A stretch of 64,000 nucleotides of DNA from Candidatus Binatia bacterium (GCA_963664395.2 OY761159.2:4064001-4128000), one strand, 5' to 3'. Shown: positions 28,632 to 39,063, counted from the stretch's first letter. The notes: a model not told the origin generated them from the letters alone. Numbers and translations are program-made.

Positions 28632-29645
28632 ATGCTGCCAGTTGGTTATCTCCCCTGTACTCAAGACCCCCCGTCCGGGACGAATATGGGGCGGGTGATT
28701 GATGAAGTGATTGCCGAAGCCCAGGCCGCCGAGGCCAGTGGCTGGGACGGCTGTTTTCTGACCGAACACCACCAACAGGAAGATGGCTATCTGCCCAACC
28801 CGTTGCTGCTGGCCGGATTGGTTGGGATGAAGACTGAGCGCCTGAAGGTTGGGACGTGCGTGCTGTTGATGCCGCTCCACCATCCCGTTCATGTTGCGGA
28901 AGACTGTGCCGTGATTGACCAGGCGACCAAGGGGCGTCTCGTCCTGAGCATCGGTGTGGGCTATCAGCCGCACGATTTCGAGGCGTTCGAGATTCCGATC
29001 ACCGAGCGAGCCACCCGGACCGAAGAAGCCGTCGATATTATCCGCAAGAGCTGGACGGGTGAGCGCTTCTCTTTTGAGGGCAAACATTTTCACTATCAGG
29101 ACACTTTGATTACGCCCGGTCCGAGTCAGCAGCCGGGCCCGCCGATCTGGATGGCGTCGTGGACGCCGGTCGGGCTGCGCCGTGCGGGCCGGCTGGCGGA
29201 TGGCTGGATCGCCGATCCGGTGCAGAGTCTCAGCGTCATTAAAGACTATGCCGCCCGCTATCGCGCCGCGGCGGAAAAGGCTGGCCGCAAGCCGTATATC
29301 TGCCTGATGCGGGATGCCGTGCTGGCCGACAGCATGGCCGACGCCGAAGCCGCCAGCGAGCCGACCATGTATACCCACCGTTTCTACTTTCAGTACGACG
29401 CCTATGTCCCGGATGAACATATCAAAGATGTCAAGACGCCCGAAGAGCTGACCTTTGCCACGGCCTCCACAGAACGGCTGATCGTCGGTTCGCCCGAAGA
29501 CTGCCTGGAGCAACTCCAGATGTGGAAAGAGGCCATTCAGCCGGACTACTTGATTATGCGCTTTCGACAGCCGGGCGGCCCGTCGCATGAGCATACGTTG
29601 CAGGCGATACGAACCTTTGGTGAAAAGGTGATTCCGAATTTGTAA
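28632..29645 (+). CDS. LLM-class flavin-dependent oxidoreductase
   Basis: AEASGWDGCFLTEHH, HPVHVAED, GRLVLSIGVGY, AGRLADGW. Confidence 0.9.
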   Translation: MLPVGYLPCTQDPPSGTNMGRVIDEVIAEAQAAEASGWDGCFLTEHHQQEDGYLPNPLLLAGLVGMKTERLKVGTCVLLMPLHHPVHVAEDCAVIDQATKGRLVLSIGVGYQPHDFEAFEIPITERATRTEEAVDIIRKSWTGERFSFEGKHFHYQDTLITPGPSQQPGPPIWMASWTPVGLRRAGRLADGWIADPVQSLSVIKDYAARYRAAAEKAGRKPYICLMRDAVLADSMADAEAASEPTMYTHRFYFQYDAYVPDEHIKDVKTPEELTFATASTERLIVGSPEDCLEQLQMWKEAIQPDYLIMRFRQPGGPSHEHTLQAIRTFGEKVIPNL

Positions 29646-29659
29646 GGAGTTTTCAGTGA

Positions 29660-29692
29660 CCCTCACCCCGACCCTCTCCCAGGGGGAGAGGG
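29660..29692 (-). repeat. REP-like element, ccctctccc..gggagagggc.ggggtgaggg family
   Basis: Reverse copy of the elements at 44808, 44950, 63569 and the split copy at 17443-17579. Confidence 0.8.
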
Positions 29693-29702
29693 AGAGGACA
29701 AG

Positions 29703-31079
29703 ATGATGGAAATTCCGCTGACTCAACATCTGGCCGCATTCTGTACCCGGCTCGATTACGACAGCCTGCCGGCCGAGGTGGTTGATCGGGCCAAGTATTT
29801 CTTTCTCGACTATCTGGGCGTTGCGGTGCGTGGCTCGCTGTCCGATTCCAGTCAGCCGCTCTACCGTATGGCGAACAGCCTTGCTTCGGCTGGGCGGGGA
29901 ACGGTCTTAGGCCGTCTGGAGAAAGTGGACTTCCCGTATGCGGCCCTGGCCAACGGCACGTCCGCGCATAGTCTGGAACTGGACGACACCCATCAGGCCG
30001 GGTCGATTCATCTCGGTGTGTCGGTCTTTTCTGCGACGTTAGCCGTTGCGGAGCAGGTTGGGGCGAGTGGCAAGGATTTTCTCACAGCTAGTGTTGTCGG
30101 CTTTGAGGTTGCCGCCCGGCTGGCCATGGCGCTGAAACCGGCAGAGCACTATGGGCGCGGATTTCATCCGACGGCGACCTGCGGTACCTTTGGCGCCGCG
30201 GCCAGTGCGGCCAAGCTGCTGGGGTTGAGTGAGGCGCAACTGCTGTCCGCCCTCGGCATCGCCGGCAGTCAGTCTGCCGGGTCTATGGAGTTCCTGGCCG
30301 AGGGTGCCTGGACGAAACGTCTCCATCCGGGCTGGGCCGCATTCAGCGGTATCCACGCCGCTCTGTTGGCAAAAGAAGGCTTCATTGGTCCGCGCACGAT
30401 CCTCGAAGGACGGGACGGCTTTCTCAAGGCGTATGGGGTGCGGCCCGAGCCGAGCAAAATCAGCGAGGGTCTGGGCGAGGATTTCCAGATTCTCCATACC
30501 GCAGTCAAACCGCACGCCTGCTGCCGCTACACTCAGGCTCCGATTGATGCCGTGCTCAACATCGTACAGGAACACGATGTGAAACCGGAGCAAGTCGAGC
30601 GGGTCACCATCGGCATGCTCGAAACAGGTATTCCGGTGATCTGTGAGCCGGGCGAGCGCAAGTCTCGGCCCACGAATGTAGTTGAGGCTCAGTTCAGCCT
30701 GCCCTTTGGCGTTGCGGTGGCGGTGGTCAAACGCCGGGCCGGGCTGGATGAATTTTCTGAAGTCATGTTGGAGGACGCCGCAATCGTAGCGCTCATGTCC
30801 AAGGTCGGGTACGAACGTGACCCGGAGCTGGAAAAAAACTATCCCAAGGAATGGCCGGCCTGGGCGCGTGTCTCTCTGACCAATGGACAGGAAGTCTCTG
30901 CTCAGGTCCGTTTTCCAAAAGGCGATCCGGAGAACCCGTTATCGTGGGATGAACTGCGGGTGAAATACGCCGATCTCGTGAGCGCGGTGTGGGCGGACTC
31001 CCGCGCTGCCTGGGCATGCGAGGCTGTCCGGACGCTTGAAGACGAATCCGATCTCCGCAATGTGACCCAAGGGCTGTAA
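29703..31079 (+). CDS. MmgE/PrpD family protein
   Basis: AALANGTSAHSLELDDTH, RGFHPT, KRLHPG, KPHACCRY, AQFSLPF, KGDPENPL. Confidence 0.92.
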   Translation: MMEIPLTQHLAAFCTRLDYDSLPAEVVDRAKYFFLDYLGVAVRGSLSDSSQPLYRMANSLASAGRGTVLGRLEKVDFPYAALANGTSAHSLELDDTHQAGSIHLGVSVFSATLAVAEQVGASGKDFLTASVVGFEVAARLAMALKPAEHYGRGFHPTATCGTFGAAASAAKLLGLSEAQLLSALGIAGSQSAGSMEFLAEGAWTKRLHPGWAAFSGIHAALLAKEGFIGPRTILEGRDGFLKAYGVRPEPSKISEGLGEDFQILHTAVKPHACCRYTQAPIDAVLNIVQEHDVKPEQVERVTIGMLETGIPVICEPGERKSRPTNVVEAQFSLPFGVAVAVVKRRAGLDEFSEVMLEDAAIVALMSKVGYERDPELEKNYPKEWPAWARVSLTNGQEVSAQVRFPKGDPENPLSWDELRVKYADLVSAVWADSRAAWACEAVRTLEDESDLRNVTQGL

Positions 31080-31124
31080 TCGCAAGCGAGTGTCGTGCTG
31101 GACGCTCAGTAGGGGGAATAAAGA

Positions 31125-32192
31125 ATGGACTATGGTTATGTGTTTCCTGGTAGAGTGCGTGTCTACAAAGATGTCATGTTGGCGGAAAAGCGCGGCTATA
31201 CGCACGCCTGGCTGTATGACTCCCAAATGTTGTTCAGTGATGTCTATGCGTCCCTGGCCCTGTGCGCGGTGAATACCAAAAAAATCAAGCTAGGGCCTGG
31301 GGTGACCAATCCGGCCTCACGTATTGCGCCGGTCACCGCGTGTTCCATAGCCTCGATTAACGAACTTGCTCCGGGCCGGACTATCCTCGGAATCGGCACC
31401 GGCAATACCGCCCGGCGGACCTTAGGCATGCCGGCGGCCCGGCTGGCTGATCTGCGTGAACACGTTGAAACCTGCCGCGAGCTGTTAGCCGGCAAGACCA
31501 CAGCCTACCAGGAAGGCCAGCGTCGGCGGATGGTGCAGTTTCTGAATCCCAAAGGCGGCTGGATCAATATCAAGAAAAAAGTACCCATTTATGTCGCGGC
31601 GAGTGGTCCGAAGACCTTAGAGCTTGCGGGTGAAATTGCGGACGGCATTATCCTGTTTGGGGCGGTCAGCCCCAGTTTGATTGAATTCGCAATGAACCAT
31701 ATCCGGACCGGGGCCGAGCGAGCCGGGCGAGATCCCAAGCGGATCTATACCTTGTGTATGACCGCGTTCCATCTCACCAGTAAGGGCGAGCAACTGGAAA
31801 CCTCGAAAGTCCGCAAAGCGGTTGGACCGTTTGTCTCGTCCTCCAGTAATATTTTTGCCTTTTCCTGCCCCGACCCGAACGATCTGCCGGCTGACCTGCG
31901 GGATGATTTAATGGCCTTCAAAAATGCGTATCGTGCGCCGGAAGGGTCTATCGAAACCCGCCACCTCAAACTTTACGCAGACTATCTGCAAGGCTTTCAG
32001 AAAGAGCACGAACCGCTGGTGACAGAAAAAATTATCCGGGCGACGACCCTGACCGGGACAAAAGAAGAAGTGCTGGAATCGGTTAAGGCCATGAAGAAAG
32101 CCGGCATCAATCAGGTCGCGGTCCAGCCGGTGACGGATGCCCGCGAAACCATTGACGCCTTCGCCAAGGCTGTGATTCGCAAACTGAAATAG
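31125..32192 (+). CDS. LLM-class (Mer-like) oxidoreductase
   Basis: AWLYDSQ, LGPGVTNP..R, PGRTILGIGTG, AASGPKTLELAGEIADG. Confidence 0.88.
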   Translation: MDYGYVFPGRVRVYKDVMLAEKRGYTHAWLYDSQMLFSDVYASLALCAVNTKKIKLGPGVTNPASRIAPVTACSIASINELAPGRTILGIGTGNTARRTLGMPAARLADLREHVETCRELLAGKTTAYQEGQRRRMVQFLNPKGGWINIKKKVPIYVAASGPKTLELAGEIADGIILFGAVSPSLIEFAMNHIRTGAERAGRDPKRIYTLCMTAFHLTSKGEQLETSKVRKAVGPFVSSSSNIFAFSCPDPNDLPADLRDDLMAFKNAYRAPEGSIETRHLKLYADYLQGFQKEHEPLVTEKIIRATTLTGTKEEVLESVKAMKKAGINQVAVQPVTDARETIDAFAKAVIRKLK

Positions 32193-32232
32193 AGGAAATA
32201 GAGGAAATAACAGCCTGGGAGGAAAACCGTGC

Positions 32233-32667
32233 CTATCGCTGCGAAGCGTACGGAACGAGCACGGCGGTGCCGGTAATGGCGCGCTCGCTGTGCTCGTTCT
32301 CAACGACCAGGTCGCAGTATACGGTCGGTACGCCGTCTTCCTCGTTTTTCTCGGTAATCATGCCCCACAGCGCAATCGTGTCGCCGTGGCGCACGGGTGT
32401 GCGAAAGGTCGTGTTCAGGCTGCGCAGCCGCCAGCCCACAAAAAAGTCTTGGAGCATTTGACATAAATACGTGGTGTTCAAAGGGCCGGGAATAATCGGC
32501 TTGGTCAGCCCGGCCTGCTCAGCATCCTTCTTATGAAAGAAGAATTTCAGGCCGGTGATCCGGACCGCCTCGGCGTAGTTCAGTACGTCTGCCTTGGTCG
32601 GCGTTTTGTAGACCGGTCCGATCTCGTCACCGATCTCTATAGCGTCAAAGGATTTTGGCTGCTGCAT
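32233..32667 (-). CDS. MaoC-like (hot-dog fold) dehydratase subunit
   Basis: FDAIEIGDEI, FH..DAEQAGL..PIIPG, FRTPVRHGDT. Confidence 0.8.
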   Translation of the reverse strand: MQQPKSFDAIEIGDEIGPVYKTPTKADVLNYAEAVRITGLKFFFHKKDAEQAGLTKPIIPGPLNTTYLCQMLQDFFVGWRLRSLNTTFRTPVRHGDTIALWGMITEKNEEDGVPTVYCDLVVENEHSERAITGTAVLVPYASQR

Positions 32668-32685
32668 TGTTTCCTACCGGGCTTC

Positions 32686-33628
32686 CTACTGGAACACGGG
32701 CATGACTTCGGTGGCGAAAATTTTGAGCGTGGCCAGAAAATCATCCTGAGCTATATCGCTGAACATCATGGTGAACAGCGTTACGCCTTTTTTATTTTTC
32801 TCCTTCAATGCTTCAATGACGCCGTCCGGGTCGCCGCACACGCCGCATTTGTCGAGGTTGGCCAGCCGGCCCAGGGTCTTTTTGGCCCGAGGGTATTTGC
32901 TGTCAAAATCTTGTTGGTCTTTCCCCAGCACGACCAGCGTCTGTTCCGATATCTCAATTTCTTCCGGGTTGCGGCCGATGGTTTTGCAATGGTCGGTAAT
33001 CACCGCCCACTTCTGCTCGATTTTATGCGCTGCGGCCGCCGGACAATTCCAGCGGTCGGCGTGCTCGGCAACAATCTTGAGCCCCTTGTGCTCGGCCATC
33101 GCACCAATCGTAATGGGCGGGTAGGGCTTCTGAACTGGTTTGGGATTACAGTGCGCCTCCGCGATTGTGTAGTGTTCGCCCGCATACGAGGCGGCGTCTT
33201 CAGTAAACATTTTTTTCATGATTACGACGCCTTCTCTCATCTGATCCGCTCGGGTGCCACCGGACGGAAAGGGATAGCCGTAGGCTTCATACTCCTCATT
33301 CATCCAGCCGGCTCCCAAACCTATTTCTACCCGGCCTGCACTGATGTTGTCCAAACTGGCCGCCATCTTGGCCAGAAAGGCGGGGTTCCGATAGGAGTTG
33401 CAGCACCAGGCCGCCGATGCGGAGCGTGGTGGTGACCATGGCCATGGACGACATGACCGTCCAGCCCTCCAGGAAATCGACCTGGGTCATCCCCCGCGGC
33501 CACATGTGATCGGTAAACCAGATAGAGTGAAAACCGTACTCCTCGCAGGCAAGCGCCCGTTCCTTGAGCAACGGAAACGGCAGGCCGATTTGGGGCTGAA
33601 AAAGACCAAATTGAATCGGGCGGGCCAT
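32686..33628 (-). pseudogene. LLM-class (F420-type) oxidoreductase with frameshift near 33400
   Basis: 5' ORF (IWFTDH..LRIGGLVL) and 3' frame (CNSYRNPAFLAKMAASLD..SAGR) join if 2 nt (tg) are restored in ctg[tg]caac. Confidence 0.85.
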
Positions 33629-33846
33629 AGTATTCTCCTCTCGTGCGTCAGGGCGTGTAGTCTGCTCGGTACTGCCTCTCCAACAGGCTTATTATCGTCT
33701 CGACCGCGCGGCGTCTATTGCCGCGGCAACGAGGGGTTTTACCTTGACAATCATGAGGACCACAGACAAGATGCCCAAAACGCTAAAAACGCCCAAGGGC
33801 ATAAGACGAGTACAATCTTGTCTAACGTTGCTGGAGTGAGACCGCT

Positions 33847-34995
33847 ATGGATTTTGAACTGACGCAAGAACAGCTAATGATCCGCGACCTGTGTCGTGAT
33901 TTCGCCAAGAAAGAAATCGCCCCATACGCAGACGAATGGTCCGCCACGGAGTATTTCCCGACTGAGGTCTTTCAAAAGCTCGCCGAGTTGCAGTTGATGG
34001 GACTGCTCATCCCCGAGGAATATGGAGGCTCCAACGCCGGCACCATGGGCATGGTCATGGCGATTGAGGAGTTGGGCAAGGTCGATCAGTCGATTGCCAC
34101 CACCCTCCAGGCCCACTTGACCATAGGCTCGCTGCCGTATCTGCACTTTGGTACGGACGAGCAAAAGAAAAAATGGCTGACTCCCCTGGCCACGGGCAAA
34201 CACTTAGGCGCATTCGGCCTGACCGAACCCCAGGCCGGCTCTGATGCCGCTAACATTATGACCACGTCTCGTCTCGACGGTGATTGCTGGGTTGTGAATG
34301 GCACCAAGAGTTTTATCTCAAACGCGGGTACGCCGCTGAGTTACGGCCTGGTTGCGCTCACGACGAATGGCAGCAGCGACAACGGTAAAAAACAATACAG
34401 CGCGCTGATTATTCCCAAGGGTACGCCCGGTTATACAGTCGGCCAGCGGTATAAAAAAATAGGCTGGCATACGGTCGATACGCGGGAGCAGGTGTTTGAG
34501 GATGTCCGCGTACCGCGTGAAAATCTCCTGGGCGAGCAAGGCTCGGGCTTTCGGGCGTTTCTGAAGACGCTCGAATGCGGACGTATTTCAGTCGCTACGC
34601 TCGGCCTGTCGTTGGCCGAAGCCTGCCTGGATTTGTCGCTCAGGTATGCCTTGGAGCGCAAAACCTTTGGCCAGCCCTTGGCCTCACATCAGGCTATCCA
34701 GTTCAAATTGGCCGACATGGCGACCCAGGCTGAGATGGCGCGGCTGATGATCTACCGTGCTGCCACGCTGCGCGACGAAGGGAAACCCTACGCCAAAGAG
34801 GCGGCCATGGCGAAGCTGGCTTCGTCTGAAATCGCAGTGAAGACGGCCGAAGAAGCCGTCCAGATTCACGGCGGGTACGGCTATATGCGCGAATCACCAG
34901 TCTCCCGTTTCTATCTGGACTCAAAAATTCTCACCATCGGTGAAGGAACCAGCGAAGTGCAGCGGATGGTGATTGCCAGGCAGTTGGGTTGTTAA
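33847..34995 (+). CDS. acyl-CoA dehydrogenase
   Basis: IPEEYGG, AFGLTEPQAGSDA, NGTKSFISN, QIHGGYGY, IGEGTSEVQR. Confidence 0.94.
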   Translation: MDFELTQEQLMIRDLCRDFAKKEIAPYADEWSATEYFPTEVFQKLAELQLMGLLIPEEYGGSNAGTMGMVMAIEELGKVDQSIATTLQAHLTIGSLPYLHFGTDEQKKKWLTPLATGKHLGAFGLTEPQAGSDAANIMTTSRLDGDCWVVNGTKSFISNAGTPLSYGLVALTTNGSSDNGKKQYSALIIPKGTPGYTVGQRYKKIGWHTVDTREQVFEDVRVPRENLLGEQGSGFRAFLKTLECGRISVATLGLSLAEACLDLSLRYALERKTFGQPLASHQAIQFKLADMATQAEMARLMIYRAATLRDEGKPYAKEAAMAKLASSEIAVKTAEEAVQIHGGYGYMRESPVSRFYLDSKILTIGEGTSEVQRMVIARQLGC

Positions 34996-35009
34996 GAACG
35001 GAGATTTCT

Positions 35010-35777
35010 ATGACACTTCCATATTTTGATCTTTCTGGAAAAACGGCCATTATCACCGGTGGCAGTAAGGGCCTTGGGGAACAAATGGCCTATGCCTTGG
35101 CTGAGGCGGGGGCTGATGTTGCGATCGTCAGCCGTACGCAGGCTGACCTCGACGCCGTATCGTCTGCTGTCCATGCAGCAACCGGGCGCAACGTGGTTGG
35201 TGTTGCCGCGGATGTCACCAAAGACGCCGATATTCAGGCCATGGTGCAGGCGGTTATGGCTGAATTCGGTCAGATCGATATTTTGATTAACAACGCCGGT
35301 ATCGGGGGGACGACCCCGATGCATGAGCTGACCGAAGAAGAGTGGGATCGTTTTATGAACCTGAACCTCAAGGGCCCCGTTCTATGCTCCAAGCATGTCG
35401 GGGTAGAGATGGCCAAACGCAAAAAGGGCAATATTATCAACGTGTCTTCTCTGTTCTCGAAAATTGTCGCGCGTTATATGGCAGCCTACGGTGCGACCAA
35501 AGCCGCTCTGGTGTCTTTTACCCGGACCCTGGCCCTCGAATGGGCCCGAGATAATATCCGCGTGAACGCCTTGTGTCCGGGGTATTTTGATACCCCCATG
35601 AACCACGCATTTTGGGAGACCAAGGGGGGCAAGGGGATTATAAGCAGAATCCCGATGCAGCGGGTTGGTGATCCTAAAGAACTCAAACCGGCGATTATCT
35701 TTCTGTCCTCGGACGCAAATACCTTCATGACCGGTACGACGCTCTTCGTTGACGGCGGACATAGTCTGGTTGGGTAA
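35010..35777 (+). CDS. SDR family oxidoreductase
   Basis: TGGSKGLG, NNAG, YGATK, VNALCPG, VDGG. Confidence 0.92.
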   Translation: MTLPYFDLSGKTAIITGGSKGLGEQMAYALAEAGADVAIVSRTQADLDAVSSAVHAATGRNVVGVAADVTKDADIQAMVQAVMAEFGQIDILINNAGIGGTTPMHELTEEEWDRFMNLNLKGPVLCSKHVGVEMAKRKKGNIINVSSLFSKIVARYMAAYGATKAALVSFTRTLALEWARDNIRVNALCPGYFDTPMNHAFWETKGGKGIISRIPMQRVGDPKELKPAIIFLSSDANTFMTGTTLFVDGGHSLVG

Positions 35778-35803
35778 GCTGATACGGAAACCGGGAGGAA
35801 AGT

Positions 35804-37117
35804 ATGGAACCCTGGCAGCATACGTATAAGGACAAACTCATCTCAGCCGAACAGGCCGCGCACCTCGTCAAGTCGGACAGTTTGGTCCGTCTGCATATCG
35901 GCAAACCGCCCATCCCCATTCTGGATGCCTTGGCCGCGCGCAATGGAGAGCTGGCACAGGTGACCCTCATCCAGTGTTATCCGCTGTACGAGCACCCCAT
36001 CTGGAACGAGGCCGCCTACGACGCCTCGTTCAATCGGATTGTTGATTACGTTGGGGCCGGCTGCCGTGAGGGTATGAAAAAGCACTATGTGGATTTCATG
36101 CCGCTCGACTATCCCCAGTATGCCAAGCAGGCCGAACAGGGCCGGACCAATACCTGGAACGCCGACATCTTCTTTGGTGTGATCTCGCCGCCGGATGAAA
36201 AAGGCTATTGCAGTTTCGGCAATGCCCTCTGGTACAACAAGGACGTGGCCAAGGCTGCCAAGTGTTTTGTCGCGGAAGTCGACCCGGCCTGTATTCGCAC
36301 CCACGGCGATAATTGGATTCATGCGTCTGAGATCGACTATCTGGTCGAGGAGACCAAGCCGTTTCCGTTTGGGACCCCACCGCCGCCGGACGAGGAACAG
36401 GGCACTTTAGAGGTCATTGGCGAATTTGCCTCAACCCTGATTAAGGACGGCGACACCGTCCAAATGGGCATTGGCGCGATCTCCGAAGCCATTGGCCTGT
36501 TTCTCATGGATCGGAACGATCTGGGGATTCATAGCGAAATCATGACCGCCAGCCATGTTGAACTGGTCAAGCGCGGCGTGGCGACCGGCAAATACAAATC
36601 GATGCATAAAGGCAAGGCGGTCGCGGCCATGGTCGTTGGCGGCGCAGATTTGGAATTCGTGAATAACAACCCGGCCTTTGAGTTGTACAGCGTGCTGTAT
36701 ACGAACTCCCTGCTGACCATTGCCGCCCAGAAGAGTCAGGTCGCTGTGAACAGCACTCTGTCTATCGACTTGACCGGTCAGGCCGCGGCCGAGTCGATCG
36801 GCCCGCAGATGTATTCCGGTATCGGCGGGCAGATGACGTTTATGATGGGCTCGATGTACTCGGACGGGGGGCGCTCCATCATGGTGCTGCCGTCCACGGC
36901 GCGCAGAGGTTCACTGTCCCGCATTGTTCCCATGCTGGAGCCGGGGAGTACGCTGACCACGCCCCGCCAGTACACGGACTATGTGGTGACGGAATTTGGT
37001 ATGGTGAATCTTCAGGGGAAAACGCAACGCCAGCGCGCCGAGTCCCTGATTAGTATCGCGCATCCCGACTTTCAGCCTGAGTTGCAACACGCGGCAAAGA
37101 AAATGTTCTGGCCCTAG
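35804..37117 (+). CDS. acetyl-CoA hydrolase/transferase (4-hydroxybutyrate CoA-transferase-like)
   Basis: PPDEKGYCSFG, DGDTVQMGIG, DLGIHSE, YSGIGGQ, VVTEFG, IAHPDF. Confidence 0.9.
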   Translation: MEPWQHTYKDKLISAEQAAHLVKSDSLVRLHIGKPPIPILDALAARNGELAQVTLIQCYPLYEHPIWNEAAYDASFNRIVDYVGAGCREGMKKHYVDFMPLDYPQYAKQAEQGRTNTWNADIFFGVISPPDEKGYCSFGNALWYNKDVAKAAKCFVAEVDPACIRTHGDNWIHASEIDYLVEETKPFPFGTPPPPDEEQGTLEVIGEFASTLIKDGDTVQMGIGAISEAIGLFLMDRNDLGIHSEIMTASHVELVKRGVATGKYKSMHKGKAVAAMVVGGADLEFVNNNPAFELYSVLYTNSLLTIAAQKSQVAVNSTLSIDLTGQAAAESIGPQMYSGIGGQMTFMMGSMYSDGGRSIMVLPSTARRGSLSRIVPMLEPGSTLTTPRQYTDYVVTEFGMVNLQGKTQRQRAESLISIAHPDFQPELQHAAKKMFWP

Positions 37118-37140
37118 GGCCAAACAGCGGCCCGCCACCG

Positions 37141-38433
37141 ATGGGAGAAAAATTTCGAGTGTGTTGGTCCAAAACCCTTCCGGACATAGGGGCAGCCCCA
37201 CGGGGCTACCTTTTTCGTCGGAGCGTCGCCCGCAGTGCTCTCACAGGGCTGGCTGTGTTGCTTGTTCTGCTCCTTCCTCTGCCGACATGGCCCCAAACGG
37301 TTGATGAACTGCTTTCTAATCCGGTAGCCTTTGACAGGCAAGGGGTCAAAGTTACCGGTCAAGTAACAACCCTCATCGTTGAGGAAGGTGAAAAACCGTA
37401 CACCAAGTTTAAGCTTGGAGACACGGACCAGACGATCCCGGTCTTTATGCGTGGCGCCCAGGCGCTGACCGAAGGCGAGTCGTATGAAGTTGATGGGGTG
37501 TTTCTGGTCAAACCGTCCAGTGACGGTTCAGAGCAGATCAGTGGGATTGTGGGCCAGGCCGTTCTTCCCCTTCTTCTCCTGGAAGAAGAGTCAATGGAGG
37601 TAGCGGAAGAGGAAACGGCCGAGGCCTTGGAGCCGCAAGAACTGGAAGACCCGCAGGCGGAATCTGAAGTGACCGCTGCTGCAATCGATCTCTTGGTAGG
37701 TGAGCTGTTAGATGATCCGGTTGTGTTTGACCGGCAGGCGATCAGCGTTTCGGGTGAAATAACGACGCTGGTAATCGAAGCCGGGGACAATCCCTCCACC
37801 AAGTTCAAGCTGCAGGACGCAAGTGGCGAGATCCCGGTTTTTATGCGTGGCGTCCAGCCACTGACTGAAGGTGAGTCATATGAGGTGGATGGCGTGTTCC
37901 TGGTGAAGCCGACAAACGATGGGGCAGGCGAGGTGGGCGGGATTGTGGCAAGGACGGTTGAACCTGTTGAATCGGGAACAGCTTCGGTCCTGGCCGCCGA
38001 GGCTTCTACAGACAAGAAGGCTGCGCCCCCCGTCTACAAGGCTCCAGCCTATGCGGTTCGAGATCTCCTGGCCGACCAGTCGAATTTTGATCGCCGCTTC
38101 GTGAGTGTGACCGGACAAGTGACAACCCTCACCACCCGCTATGGGGAAAGGACGTACCAGAAGTTCAAGCTTACAGATGAGAGCGGTACGATCCCGGTTT
38201 TCATTCCAGGGACTTCCTCGTGTGAGCAAGGTCAGATTTGTAAAGTCACCGGGGTGTTCTTAATTAAAAGAACACAAGATGGAGAGTCTGAGATCAGTGG
38301 GATTAAGGCCGATGCCGTCGAGAAGGTGGATGATGCGCCGTATCGGGAATGGATAAGTGTGGTGTTTCAGGATCAGTTGGGAAGAACGGGTCCCAACCGC
38401 AGGTTGCCAGGGGGATTTGCGTTCCAGGAATAA
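37141..38433 (+). CDS. exported protein with three tandem OB-fold-like repeats
   Basis: Hydrophobic signal; three ~85-aa units LL.....FDR....V.G..TTL......Y.KFKL.D....IPVF......GVFL.K; acidic linker; start uncertain. Confidence 0.7.
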   Translation: MGEKFRVCWSKTLPDIGAAPRGYLFRRSVARSALTGLAVLLVLLLPLPTWPQTVDELLSNPVAFDRQGVKVTGQVTTLIVEEGEKPYTKFKLGDTDQTIPVFMRGAQALTEGESYEVDGVFLVKPSSDGSEQISGIVGQAVLPLLLLEEESMEVAEEETAEALEPQELEDPQAESEVTAAAIDLLVGELLDDPVVFDRQAISVSGEITTLVIEAGDNPSTKFKLQDASGEIPVFMRGVQPLTEGESYEVDGVFLVKPTNDGAGEVGGIVARTVEPVESGTASVLAAEASTDKKAAPPVYKAPAYAVRDLLADQSNFDRRFVSVTGQVTTLTTRYGERTYQKFKLTDESGTIPVFIPGTSSCEQGQICKVTGVFLIKRTQDGESEISGIKADAVEKVDDAPYREWISVVFQDQLGRTGPNRRLPGGFAFQE

Positions 38434-38463
38434 GGGCGACGGGGGCGCCGCCCTGACGAGATG

Positions 38464-38853
38464 TTAGCCAACCAGAATCTCTTTGGCGTGAATCGTATCC
38501 AGGTATTCCCGCACGGCCTGAATCTTGCCGTCGTTCAGTTCAATCATGAAGTGATACTGGTTGTTGTAGACTTTGCCGTTGGCGAGTTCGCCATACGACT
38601 CCGCTTCCACCGCAACCCGGTCGCCTTCGGCAATCACACCCTTGGGCGTGATTTTGAGGCCGTTCGGCATAGCCGCGCCGATCCCTTTCACCAGTTCGCC
38701 GAACTCCGTTTTGGTTTTGGTGCCGGACAGCTCGAACTTGCCGGCCACCCACCACGTGGCATCGTCAGCCATCATGCCCAGCGCCTCCTCAAATTTCCCG
38801 GCTGAAAAATTCTCAAAGAAACCTAAGACAACGCCTTTATTCGCTTCGCTCAT
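38464..38853 (-). CDS. SnoaL/NTF2-like protein
   Basis: NKGVVLGFF, ADDATWW, IAEGDRVAVEAES, YNNQYHF, REYLDT; AGGAGG RBS. Confidence 0.88.
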   Translation of the reverse strand: MSEANKGVVLGFFENFSAGKFEEALGMMADDATWWVAGKFELSGTKTKTEFGELVKGIGAAMPNGLKITPKGVIAEGDRVAVEAESYGELANGKVYNNQYHFMIELNDGKIQAVREYLDTIHAKEILVG

Positions 38854-39063
38854 ACGCGACCTCCTTTGCGCTGCATCGTCACAACGATGCAGGTCGGGGT
38901 AAGATTCCCCCTTATAGCCCACATGCCCGAGCCTGCGCAAGCGAAGCGGCGAACGGGGCAGGTCTAACCAATTGAGCCTCCACGGGTGACAGTCGCTTTA
39001 GTTCTGCAGTGCTTTAGCTAGCGACTGCAGCGCCGAAGACGGATGAGCACCTGTACGAGCAGC

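Noticed and set aside
28593-29729. 378-aa minus-strand ORF and similar long antisense ORFs (e.g. 40053-41096, 59745-60842, 21417-22250)
   Set aside because: They are shadows of well-supported genes on the opposite strand in high-GC DNA and have no recognisable motifs.
32188-32210. aaatagagg 9-bp doublet and other tiny tandem repeats (33770-33800, 52605-52632)
   Set aside because: Too short to distinguish from ordinary slippage; no functional evidence.
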